Shown here one piece after another: positions 41,510 through 52,829 of a DNA stretch of 64,000 nt; the first letter of the stretch is position 1; each line of letters begins with the position of its first letter. A model generated the notes under the pieces. It saw only the letters and a program-made list of their open reading frames with translations. It made no database searches and was not told the DNA's origin. The position numbers and the translations under genes are program-made. This DNA is from Chiloscyllium plagiosum (lineage: Eukaryota), in the NCBI RefSeq assembly GCF_004010195.1, contig NC_057748.1:4787374-4851373 (forward strand), read 5' to 3'.

Positions 41510-42222
41510 TAGATAGGATAGTGAAGAAGGCACTTGGTATGCTTGTCTTTATTGGTCAGTGAATTGAGTATCCGAGTTGGGAGGTCAAGTTGTGGCTGTA
41601 CAGGACGTTGGTTAGGCTGTTTTTGGAATATAGCATACAATTCTGGTCTCCTTCCTATTGGAAAGATGTTGTGAAACTTGAAAGGGTTCAGAAAAGACTT
41701 ACAAAGATGTTGCCAGGGTTGGAGGGTTTGAGCTATGGCAAAGGCTGAACAGGCTGGGGCTGTTTTCCATGGAGTGTCAGAAGCTGAGGGGTGACCTTAT
41801 AGAGGTTTATAAAATCATGAGGAGCATGGATCGGGTAAATAGCCAAAGTCTTTTCCCCAGGGTAGGTGAGTCCAAAACTGGAGAGTATCGGTTTAAGGTG
41901 AAAGAGGAAAGATTTAAAAGGGAGCTGAGGGCAGCTTTTTCACGCAGAGGGTGGTGAATGTGTGGAATGAGCTGCCAGAGGAAGTGGTGGAGGCTGGTAC
42001 AATTACAACATTTAAAAAGCATCTGGATGGGTATATGAATAGGAAAGGTTTTAGGGATATGGGCCAAATGCTGGTAAATAGGACTACATTAATTTAGGAT
42101 AATTGGTCAGCATGGACGAGTTGGACTGAAGGATCTGACCAATTATCCTAAATTAATGTAGTCCTATTTACCTTTCCTATTCATATACCCATCCAGATGC
42201 CTTTTAAATGTTGTAATTGTAC
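41510..42222 (+). mobile_element. CR1/HER1 3' fragment ending in a fold-back duplication
   Basis: KLRGDLIEVYKIMR motif; inverted copy of its own 3' end at 42135-42222. Confidence 0.9.
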
Positions 42223-42589
42223 ATCTCTATGACTATGAAAAAAAATTAGGAAAGTAAAGGAATAGTTCAGCATTATAGATCATAGGAATAAATTAGAAAA
42301 ATAAAGAAATAAAAATTTCAGAGCATCAGTCTTTCCGACTCCATCCATGCCCACACCCAGCCTCAACTTCTTCATCTTAGACATATAACAGTGCAACAAA
42401 AGGTCAATAAACTCAGTCGTTTCATGCAACTGGGGGAAGGAACTATTTTCCATACTTAAGCTCGGGAAAAATATCAAAAAATTGTTTTCTGTGCAAGTTA
42501 CCACTGATCCTTCAAGGGGAGGTTGCAGATTGAAAAGACCAACATGAATTCCTGACAGGTTTGGAATTTGCTTCCGATTCAAAACTCAC

Positions 42590-42691
42590 CATAGAGAGGT
42601 AAACGTACGAGGCGTAGAGTTCCATGTTGATCATGCGATTGACAGCACTCTCACAGTCCTTGTGATAATTCAGGCGGATATTATGGTCCAT
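42590..42691 (-). CDS. Ferritin A exon 1 coding part
   Basis: [34 protein letters not shown]; Kozak AGCATGG, GTGAGT donor. Spliced product is 175 aa with no stop or frameshift. Confidence 0.95.
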
Positions 42692-42804
42692 GCTGAACCG
42701 ATCTTTAAAACAGGGTCAAATCCTCAGAGCTGGTATTGACTCAGGAACAGCTGCTCCAGGCACTCAGAATCAACATCTGAAAATATATCGCAGGTGCCCC
42801 CGAA

Positions 42805-42810
42805 TTTATA
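42805..42810 (-). promoter_or_regulatory. TATA box of ferritin A
   Basis: TATAAA 114 nt upstream of the ATG, implying a TSS near 42780. Confidence 0.6.
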
Positions 42811-43567
42811 TTATTGCTCAGGCACAGCCCACTCTCCCTTCAAGTTGCTACATGCTTATTGAGTGACAGATCTTCCAACTAATCGAGCAGCTCAGGTGTG
42901 AACAGCAGGGAGTGGTGGCGAGATGGCCTGAGATTTGGGAAGGATTGACAAATCGGCTCGGTGGCTTCCTGACTTTGTCCTGGTGGTTTCGTCCGCATCA
43001 GGAAGGCTCTGACAGGAGAATCTTCAAAGCTTTCCCTCCGAAAGGATGTTTCCTCATGTGGGGCAATCTGGAACGAGAGGTCAACAGTTCTGGAATAAAT
43101 CTGCCGATTTAAAGCAGAGATGAGAAGAAGTTTATTTCAAAGGGTCATGAATCTGTGGAATTCACTCCCCCAGAGTGCGCAGTGGGTGCCGAGACACTGA
43201 GTAAATTTAAGGAGGAGATAGACAGATTTTTAATTAGTAATGGGTTGAAAGGTTATGGAGAGCAGGAAAGTGGAGTTAAGGCTAAGATTAGATCAGCTAT
43301 GATTGTATCAATCGCAGCACAGGGTCAAGGGGCTGAATGGGCTTATCCTACTCCTAGTTCTTATGTTTTTATTTGTATCATATTAGGTGAGGAATGATTT
43401 TTGGTGAAATCAGCAGGGAAACAGAAACATTTTGGGTGTGACAGTCTTCTCTCAGTTATCCTAACAAAGGTGTTGATCAGTTTTTTAAAATCTCTCTCTC
43501 TCTCTCTGTCTATCCCAATGGGTTCACTCGTCCTAAAATTTCCTCTAATATTTGATGTTGGTGATCT

Positions 43568-44250
43568 TAGAGTCATAGGGCTGTACGGCACGGAAACAGA
43601 GCCTTCGGTCCAACTCGTCTATGCCAACAAGATATCTTAAACTAATCCAGTCCTATTTGCCTGCATTTGGCCCATATCCCTCTAAACATTTCCTATTCAT
43701 GTACCCATCCAGATGTCTTTTAAATATTGTAATTGTACCTGTCTCCATCACTTCTTCTGGCAGCTCATTCCATACATGCACCACCCTCTACGTGAAAACG
43801 TTGCCCTTTGGGTCCCTTTTAATTTTTTCCCCTCTCACCTTAAACCTATACCCTCTAGATCTAGACTCCCCCACCCCAGGGAAATGACTTTGTCTATTTA
43901 CCCTATCCGTGCCCCTCATGATTTTATAAACCTCTATAACGTTACCCCTCAGCCTCCAACGCTCCAGGGAAAACAGCTCCAGTCTATTCAGCCTCTCCCC
44001 ATGGCTCAAATCCTCGAACCCTGGCAACATCTTTGTAAATCTTTTCCAAACCCTTCAAGTTTCACCACATCCTTCCGATATGGGGGAGACCAGAATTGCA
44101 TGCAGTATTCTAAAAGTGATCTAACCAATATCCTATACAGCTGCATCATGACCTCCCAACTCCTATACTCAGTGCACTGATCAATAAAAGAAAGCATACC
44201 AAACACCTTCTTCACTTTCCTGTCTTCCTGCAACTCCACTTTCAAGGAAC
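43568..44250 (-). mobile_element. CR1/HER1 3' fragment
   Basis: MQLYRILVRSLLEYCMQFWSPPYRKDV and ERLNRLELFSLE. Confidence 0.9.
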
Positions 44251-45335
44251 TTATTGAAGTATAAAAGGTCCTGAAATCATATGATCAGCTGGCAACTCAA
44301 AAGAGGTTTCTCCATGTGGGAGAGATTGGAATGAGGGGACACAGTTTAAAAATACGGGGTCTCCCAATTAAGACAGAAATGAGAAGAACGTTTTTCTCTC
44401 AAGAGAGTCATGAGTCTGTAGAATTTTCTTCCCTAGATGAGGTGGAAAAGGAGTCATAGAGGTCTACAGCATGGAAATAGGCCCTTCAGCCCAACTTGTC
44501 CATGCTGCCCAGTTTTCAGAGTCAAATTAGTCCCATTCACCTGTATTTTTTCCATATCCTTGCACACCCATCCCATCCATGTATCGGTCTAAATGTTTCT
44601 TAAATGACTAAATTGCACTCACTTCCACCACTACACCTGGCAGCCCATTCCAGACACTCACCACTCTCCGTGTGAAATGTTTTTAAGGAGATAGATAGAT
44701 TCATGACTAACAAGGATATTGGGGTGTAGTAGGGTGGGGCGCGGCGGTGGGTGTTGCAAAGGGAGCAATTTGAAGTCGCGGCCACCGTCAGACCAGCCAT
44801 GGTCATGGTGAATGCTGGAGCAGGCTTGAGGGGCCGGATGGCCTACTCCCGCTCATCATTCGTAAGTTCATTGTTGAATAGTTAGCTGCTCGGATCAGGA
44901 GTGAACTGCCTGGATCAGGTTCTGCAGATGCTGGAGACTCCAATGAAAATAATGGAGAAACTCAGTAGGTCTGGCATCTTCTGTTGAGGGAGAAAGTTAA
45001 TGTTTTGAGTCTGTATGACTTTTCTTTGGAACTCAGAACACGTATGACTCCATTCTGAAGAACAGTCATAGTGATCTGGAAACATCATCCCTCTCTCCAG
45101 GGATGCTGCTGGAACTACTGAGCTTCTCCAGCACTCTCTGTTTTCAGTCAAAATGGGAACTGGATCATTATCTAAAGAGGAAAACTTTGTGGGGAAGGAG
45201 TGGCACTAGAGTGAATTAAATTAAATTCATATAATTTCTAATCAAATTAAATTCGAGAGAAAACTAAACCATTATTTGTAAAGGAACAATGTGTTGGGAA
45301 GAATGACACAAAGTGAGATGCTCAGAGAACCAGTA

Positions 45336-45560
45336 CAGAGTTGAGAGTGTGCTGCTGGAAAAGCACAGCAGGTCAGGCAGCATCTGAGGAGCAGGAGAAT
45401 AGACGTTTCGGGCATAAGTCCGTCATCAGGATTCCTGATGAAGGGCTTATGCCCGAAATGTTGATTCTCCTGCTCCTCAGATGCTGTCTGACCTGCTGTG
45501 CTTTTCCAGAATCACACTCTCAACTCTGATCTCCAGCATCTGCAGACCTCACTTTCTCCT
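45336..45560. mobile_element. Palindromic Penelope-derived element with two outward-facing hammerhead-like cores
   Basis: ~95-bp inverted arms centred near 45431; CTGATGA-A-GGGC-TTAT-GCCC-GAAA at 45435-45458 and its mirror at 45402-45429. Confidence 0.8.
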
Positions 45561-47989
45561 AGAGAACAAACAAGATGGGCTGAATGGTCGCTCCACAGCA
45601 ATTCTATGATTCTGCATAAGGCATTGGACAATCAATGGACTGTATACTTTGGTCATACCTTCTATTTTCTGTTTTGTCTTTAAAACTCAACATTCTATCA
45701 AGTATAAGGTAAAGTCACTATAGTCTGACCAGCCAATAGGGCTGCTCGGTCATTAGGCGGGGGTTTAACCTGAGGGCCACCATGTCTCAGGCGAGAGGAG
45801 AAGTTGGGAAAGAGAGACCTTCAAGGTAACTTCAGCGGATGCAGTAATTGAACCCACAATGTGAGCATCACTCTGTTCGTAAACCAGCCAGCCAGGTAAT
45901 GGATGGAATACTCACTCTGTTAAATTAGGGAGAATCCAGTGGAATTGCACTGTGACAGTACAAAAATAAACATCAGAATGCAATCCATTTTCAGTAATTT
46001 CTTTTGTCAAACTGAATTCAAAACTTTAATATACATAAAATTCTATTCTAATCAAGACAATCTATTAATCTCCATGAGATTATATCATACACTGAATTGG
46101 ACAATGGTTACTGTGTAGAAGAAAGCCACATTTCTTTTTATCCATTCTGGGATTCAGGTATTACTGGTCTATCCCTAATTGTCTCTTGAGAAAGCGGTAA
46201 TAAGACGCCTTCATGAACTGTTTCAGTCCTTAGGGTGTAGGGACCACCTGCAGTGCTGTTAGAAAGGGAATTCCAGGATTTTGATCCAGTGACACTTAAG
46301 AAACAACAATATATTTCCAAGTTGGAATGGTGAGTGGCTTGGAGTGGAATGTTCAAGTAGTTGTGTTCATATATTTTTCTGCTGTCCTTGTCCTTCTAGA
46401 TGGAGGAAGTCATGGGTTTAGCAGGAGATGTTGAAGGAGCCTTGGTGAATTTCTGTAATGCATCTTGTAGATGGTACACACTTCTCTGGTGTTTTGAAGA
46501 AGGATAATGTCGGACTGGAAATGTTAACTCTGTTTCTCTCTTCCACCGATGCTACAGACCTGTGGAGGTTCTCTAGCACTTCCTGTTTTGAGTTGAGATC
46601 TCCCACATCTTCAATGGAGTCAGAATTTGTATAGGATAGAGAGAGGTCCTCCACTCCATTCTGTCTGCACACAGTCTTCAAACATCCACCCATTCTAAAA
46701 TAGTTCTGAAGGAAATTCTCTGGATCTGAAACATTAATTCTGCTTTCTCTCTGCAGATGCTGCCAGACCTGCAGGGCTTCTCCAGGACTTTCTGATTTTA
46801 TTTCTGATTTCCAGCACGTATAGTAGTTTGTTTTTATATTATTGCTCTTCTGGCTCTGATCCGTCTTTTTAAAACAAACTGCAGAATCATGTATTCAGCA
46901 CACAAGCAAACATAGGCATGCCAGTTCTGATCTGTTAGATCAAATCAACTAATCCCATCTTTTTCCAATAGTAATATAATATAAAAGCAAAATACTACAC
47001 ATGCTGGAGGTCAGAAATAAAATCAAAAAGTGCTGGCGAAACTCAACATCTGTGGAGAGGTAAACAGTTAATGTAGCAAGTTCAGTGTGACTCTTTGTTG
47101 GAAGATGGTGTTTTTTCAGCTGTTGATAGAGGCAGAGGAGAAGCAAGTAGAACAAATGGTGAGGGTACCCAGAACAACAGACAAAGGGAGTGCCAATGGT
47201 GGTGAGGGAGTGATCGAGATGGTCATTAGATGTTGATGTTAGCTACGAAAAGGAGAAAATTAATCCATACCACTTAGGGCAAAGTTGACAATTGACAATG
47301 TGCCTTAGGCACTTTACAGCCTCTAGGTCTTAACACTGAGCTCTTTATTAGGGTTGTGATAACCCCGACAAGGCCCCTGGAGAATCACTAATTAATCTCC
47401 ACGTGGAGCTCAGTGAGCATGTGTTTGTTGGGTAACAGGCAGTGGTCTGTCCAGCTGGAACTCATTACCTGAGCCCTTCGTAACGCAGACCCATGCCACA
47501 CAGGTACATTTCCTGGTGGTGGAGAAAAAAAATTCAATAAAGTCTAGTCACAACGTGTCTTCGTTTACTAAGACAAAGAAAAACAAAAGGACAGGGAATG
47601 GGGCCCTCTTGTGGTGCAGTGGTAATATCCTTATCCTTGGACCATGAGACCCAGGTTCAAGTCCCACTTGTGCCAGAGTTGTGTAATTACATCTTTGAAC
47701 AGGTTGATAAGGTTAAATTAAAGCAAATCTATATGCTCATAATGAGCTTTGCTTGTAAATACTCAATTGGATACACAGATGTTCTTACTGGTGGGGCCAC
47801 AGGATATTAAAACAAAGCAAAGCACAGCCATAAAAGTTCTTGTAGTATCCCTACCTTTGAGCCAGGAGGCCCGGCTTCAAGTTCAACATATTCAACAAAT
47901 GAGATTTTTTGTCATCCAGATTTCACAATTGCGGCCAGATCTGCTGAGATTTCACCACCAATTTCTGTTGTTGTGGGGAGAGTAGGGTG

Positions 47990-48287
47990 GACGCCACACC
48001 CAAGATGGCGGAGCTTTGCGGCAACTCGAGGGCTTTCCACACCCAAGATGGCGGAGGCCCTGCCACATCCAAAATGGCCACCCGCCCCGACGCTGCTCAA
48101 GGGAGCGGCCACGTGACGCCGTCCCTTCCCAACATGACGGTTGGAGTACGCGCGCTCCCCCAACCCCGCCATTTGCAGCCAATCAGTGGGAGCGGAGCCG
48201 GCGCGCGTGGCCCCGATCGGGTGCGTGCACGGCGCCGTGCGCGCTCTCCCCCCCCCCCCCCCCACTTGTCGCGCCTGAGCCCAGGCC
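47990..48287 (+). promoter_or_regulatory. CpG-island, TATA-less promoter and 5' UTR of ferritin B
   Basis: High CpG content; three YY1-type AA(G/A)ATGGC motifs; CACGTGAC at ~48110; CCAAT at 48179-48183; GC boxes. Confidence 0.8.
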
Positions 48288-48533
48288 ATGGGCAGCCTGT
48301 GGCGCCTGTTAACGGGCAGTTGTCGCTTCCTCCTGGTCGCACCTCGCCTCCTGCCACCCCCGGGCCCGCCTTGCTACCCCCTCGCCGCCCGGGCACAGCT
48401 GCAGGTCCGGAGGGGGCCCCAGGGCCCGCGGAAATGGGGCAAAAACCGTCAGGACTACCCGAGGGAATGTGAGGAAGGCATCAACAGACAGATCAACCAG
48501 GAGCTCACCGCCTTCTATGTCTACCTGTCCATG
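48288..48533 (+). CDS. Ferritin B (candidate mitochondrial ferritin), exon 1 with N-terminal presequence
   Basis: Kozak GCCATGG; MGSLWRLLTGSCRFLLVAPRLLPPPGPPCYPLAARAQLQVRRGPQGPRKWGKNRQDYPRECEEGINRQINQELTAFYVYLSM, then a GTGAGA donor at the conserved ferritin intron-1 position. Confidence 0.9.
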
Positions 48534-48544
48534 GTGAGAGTGGA

Positions 48545-49700
48545 TCCCAGCGGGGAATCCAGCAGATCCCAGCCACTCCTGTACATCCACCAGGTCCCAT
48601 TTGATCCAACACAGCACATCCGAACACCCAGCACACCCCATTTACTCCAACATGCCCACCCCCCAAACAAGAAACCAGCAGATCCCATTTGACCCAGCAC
48701 ATGAAGTCAGGACATCCTGCACACACTCCAGCAAGGAATCCAGCAGGTTCAACCTACTCTGGTTCCCATTCACTCCAACACATCCCCCAAAAAGGAATCC
48801 AGCGGATCCCATTTGATCCAATACTTTGCATCAGGACACCCAACAGATCCCATTCACTCCAGCACGTCCCCCATCAAGATTTCCTGGATCCTATTTCAGC
48901 ACATCCCAACAGGGAATCCAACAGATACCATTTGATCCAGCACATTCCAACAGGACATCCAGCACATCCCATTCACTCCAATACATTCCCACAACAAGGA
49001 AGCAACTGGATCCCATTTGATCCAACACATCAAATCAAGATACCCAGCAGATGCAATTCAGTACTGCACACCGCCAGCAAGGAATCCTGCAGACACAACA
49101 CACCCTAGACTCTAGTCACTCCAGCACATTCCAACAGGGAATCCAGCAGATATCATTCTCTCTAGCACACCCCAACAGGAAATTCAATAGATTCCACTGA
49201 TGCCAATACTTTTTAATAGGGAAACCCAGCGGATCCTCACTGCCTCATGCATAATGTGGGTAGTCCTGGACTATCCCAATCACTTTGCCACATCCCAGGA
49301 GAGACTTCGGCATATTCCCATGCAGTTCAGTCATTTCCAGTAAGGAATCCCAGCACAAGCATGGAGAAAATCCTGAAGCTTCCAGCATATCTCGGGAGAG
49401 AATCCAAGCATATTCTCACTGTTAAATCCCAGAAAGGAATCCCAACACGTCCCCAGGAGACCCCAGGATAAAAATCCAGCCAGTCATGTTCAACTCTGAA
49501 CATGCGAGGAGGGAAACCCAGCATGTTAAGGAGACAGTCCGACAGATCACATTCAGATTAAGATACCTTTGGAGATAAATCCCAGGAGAGAATCAAGCAC
49601 ATCCCATTCAAGACAGTATATCCTGATGCATCCTACAGAGTCCAGGATGTGTCACAAGGGATTCCAGCACATCCCAGCAAGGTGTCCTAGTACATCCACA
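48545..49700. repeat. Degenerate minisatellite (~35-37-bp unit) at the start of ferritin B intron 1
   Basis: Recurring ggaatccagcagatcccatt(t/c)(g/a)(a/c)tccagcacatccc units that decay with distance from the exon. Confidence 0.8.
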
Positions 49701-50392
49701 CTGTCTAGCCTAACACCAGCCATCCCAGTCCCTACATTAACACAGCAGCTTCAATGCAGAAATAGCAAGACTCCACAGTAGCAAAACAAATCCAGTGCAA
49801 CCTATACAATGGAACATAACCCACACAGCACAGCTGAGGACCTCTGTATTTTCCTCTCAATTAAAACACATGCCCTGAAACAATTCCAACATCTTCCATC
49901 ACTTTCCCATCCCAAAATATAAATTCAGTTTGGCTGGAGATAAGTGACAAAGGAAAAACATCATGGCTGGGTGTGGTTTATAGCCCTAATAATAATTAAA
50001 GTCTAGTTCAGAGTATATAACATTACTATTCAAGAAAGTGGGGAGCCAGGAAGCATAAAGCTATTATCTAAGATTGGAAAATTGCTAGAATTCAGTAATG
50101 TAGCAGGTTATTTAGAACATCGTCATGCAAACAGGCAGAGTCAACATGGTTTTGTGAAAGGGAACCTGACAGGTTTATTACAGTTCGAGGTGAATGTTAA
50201 AAGTATGGTAAAGAAGGGGGGATAGCAATATTTGGATTTACAAAATGCATTCAAAAGGATGAATAAACAGTTAATTGGCAGGATAAAAGCTCATGGTGTT
50301 TGGGGGGCTATGTTAGCATGGATAGAGGGAGGTGACACCCGAGTGGTATTATAATTGGACTTAATCCATTGACCCAGCATTGATCCAATAGG

Positions 50393-50730
50393 GTGGCTCT
50401 GGTTAGCACTGCTGCTTCATGGTGCTCAGAACCAAGGTTTGATTCCATTTTCAGGTGACTGTGTGGAGTTTGTATATTCTCCCTGTGCCTAGTGTGTGTT
50501 TCCTCTGGGTGCTTTGGTTTCCTCTCACAGTCTAAAGATGTGCAAGTTAGGTGGATTGACCATGGTAAATTGCCTGTAGTGTCCAGGGATGTGCAGGTTA
50601 GATGGGTTCGCCATGGGAAATGTAGGATTATAGGGATAGCTTGGGAGGGGTGGGATTGGGTGGGATGCTCTTCGGAGGGTCGGTGTGGACTCAATGGGCC
50701 AAATGACCTGCTTCCACACTCTGGAATCTA
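50393..50730 (+). mobile_element. Older HE1-type SINE
   Basis: ggtggctctggttagcactgctgc head and conserved core. Confidence 0.75.
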
Positions 50731-51745
50731 TGACCCAGGTAACATTCTGGCGATCCAGTTTCAAATCCTGCCATGGCAAGTAATGGAATTTGAATTAATT
50801 AAAATTTGGAATTAAGAGTCGATTGTGGAAGGGCGAGCGAAAGCCCATCTGGTTCACTAATGTCCTTTAGGGAAGGAAATTGCCATCCTTACCTCCGTGT
50901 GACTCCAGACCTACAGCAATGTAATTGACTCTTAACTCAATTAGGGATGGGCGATAAATGCTGGCTCTGCCAGTAATGGCCTCTTCCTCCAATAAAAAAA
51001 GGACTGGCTGACTAACAAGAAACAGAGTCAGGATAAAAGGTCATTTTCAGATTGGTGAACTATTAACTAGTCAAGTGACAAGGGACCAGTACTGAGACTT
51101 GAACTATTTGCAATCACCATTAATCACTTGAATGAAAGGTCAGACTGTATTGTAATTAGATTTACTGATGGTATAAGGATATGTAGGAAAGCAAATTCGG
51201 GATTGGGTGGGATGCTCTTCGGAGGGTCGGTGTGGACTCAATGGGCCAAATGACCTGCTTCCACACTCTGGAATCTATGACCCAGGTAACATTCTGGCGA
51301 TCCAGTTTCAAATCCTGCCATGGCAAGTAATGGAATTTGAATTAATTAAAATTTGGAATTAAGAGTCGATTGTGGGAGGGCGAGCGAAAGCCCATCTGGT
51401 TCACTAATGTCCTTTAGGGAAGGAAATTGCCATCCTTACCTCCGTGTGACTCCAGACCTACAGCAATGTAATTGACTCTTAACTCAATTAGGGATGGGCG
51501 ATAAATGCTGGCTGTGCCAGTAACGGCCTCTTCCTCCAATAAAAAAAGGACTGGCTGACTAACAAGAAACAGAGTCAGGATAAAAGGTCATTTTCAGATT
51601 GGTGAACTATTAACTAGTCAAGTGACAAGGGACCAGTACTGAGACTTGAACTATTTGCATTCACCATTAATCACTTAAATGAAAGGTCAGACTGTATTGT
51701 AATTAGATTTACTGATGGTATAAGGATATATAGGAAAGCAAATTC
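50652..51745. repeat. 547-bp tandem duplication (50652-51198 / 51199-51745)
   Basis: Two adjacent copies differing at about 6 positions by eye. Confidence 0.92.
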
Positions 51746-51840
51746 TGAGAAGGATAGGAGTTTAAGAGAAATGGATAGGTTAAGTTATGGAGTATAATGT
51801 TGGACAATGTGAGGATGTTCACTACAGTAGAAGAATAGAA

Positions 51841-52117
51841 ATCCCAGGTTCGATTCCAGCCTTGGGCGACTGTCTGTGTGGGGTTTGCACGTTCTCCCCG
51901 TGTCTGAGTGGGTTTCCTCCGGGTGCTCCGGTTTCCTCCCACAGTCCAAAGATGTGCAGGTCAGGTGAATTGGCCATGCTAAATTGCCTGTCGTGTTAGG
52001 TACATTAGTCAGAGGGAAATGGGTCTGGGTGGGTTACTCTTCAGAGGGTCGGTGTGGACTGGTTGGGCCGAAGGGCCTGTTTCCACACTGAAGGGAATCT
52101 AATCTAATCTAATCTAA
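51841..52117 (+). mobile_element. 5'-truncated HE1-type SINE
   Basis: Runs from the B-box to the (AATCT)n tail. Confidence 0.85.
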
Positions 52118-52294
52118 AAAAATGAAATATTATTTAATGGAGAGAGACTGGAGAATGCTGCATTACAGAGGGATTTGGGTTATCATATATTAATCACAAT
52201 GGTGAGCATGGAGTTACACCAAGTAATTGTAAAAGCAAATGGACCATTTGTCTTTATTGCAAAGAGAAAGGAGTATAAAAATAGCAAAATCCTG

Positions 52295-52550
52295 TTGTGG
52301 TTCTGTTCGCCGAGCTGGGAATTTGTGTTGCAGACGTTTCGTTCCCTGTCTAGGTGACATCCTCAGTGCTTGGGAGCCTCCTAGTGGTTTGAATCTGCCG
52401 CTTCCGGTTGTCAGTTCCAGCTGTCCGCTGCAGTGGTCGATATATTGGGTCCAGGTCGATGTGCTTATTGATTGAATCTGTGAATGAGTGCCATGCCTCA
52501 ACAGAACCACAACAACGAGCACCCGAGCTACAAATCTTCTCACAAACTTT
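52295..52550 (-). mobile_element. Penelope-like insertion with hammerhead-like motif (52330-52369)
   Basis: EAWHSFTDSINKHIDLDPIYRPLQR on the minus strand; 13-bp TSD tagcaaaatcctg at 52282-52294 and 52551-52563. Confidence 0.85.
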
Positions 52551-52621
52551 TAGCAAAATCCTGCTACATTGGTACCTGGAATAGAATACAGTTTTACTGT
52601 CCATTTTGAAAGAGTAACATA

Positions 52622-52829
52622 TAAGTTTCCCCTGACTCCGAAAGTAGAGCGTTCCTATGAAACCTTTCGTAAGCCAAAATGCTGTAAAGCGAAGAAGCAA
52701 TTACTTATATCGTAAAAGCGAAAATCCTCTCCACATTTCTTTCAGTTAGCGAAAACAGGCTCCAGTGTAGGTCTTTTGAAGAAGTGAAGTGGCGTAAAGC
52801 AAACTTTCAAAAAGCCTGGGATACCTGTA
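52622..52829. mobile_element. Tigger/pogo-like MITE
   Basis: Decayed terminal inverted repeats (..gtttcccctgactccgaaagt / actttcaaaaagcctgggatacctg) ending in TA. Confidence 0.55.

Noticed and set aside
48184-48189. CAGTGG upstream of ferritin B as a possible IRE loop
   Set aside because: The sixth base is G, there is no flanking 5-bp stem, and it directly adjoins the CCAAT box.
47912-48472. Long overlapping ORFs on both strands in the CpG island
   Set aside because: Expected from stop-codon scarcity in GC-rich DNA; no recognisable domains.
48545-49700. CRISPR-like array or repeat-protein ORFs
   Set aside because: Eukaryotic intron with degenerate units, no unique spacers, and ORFs broken by stops.
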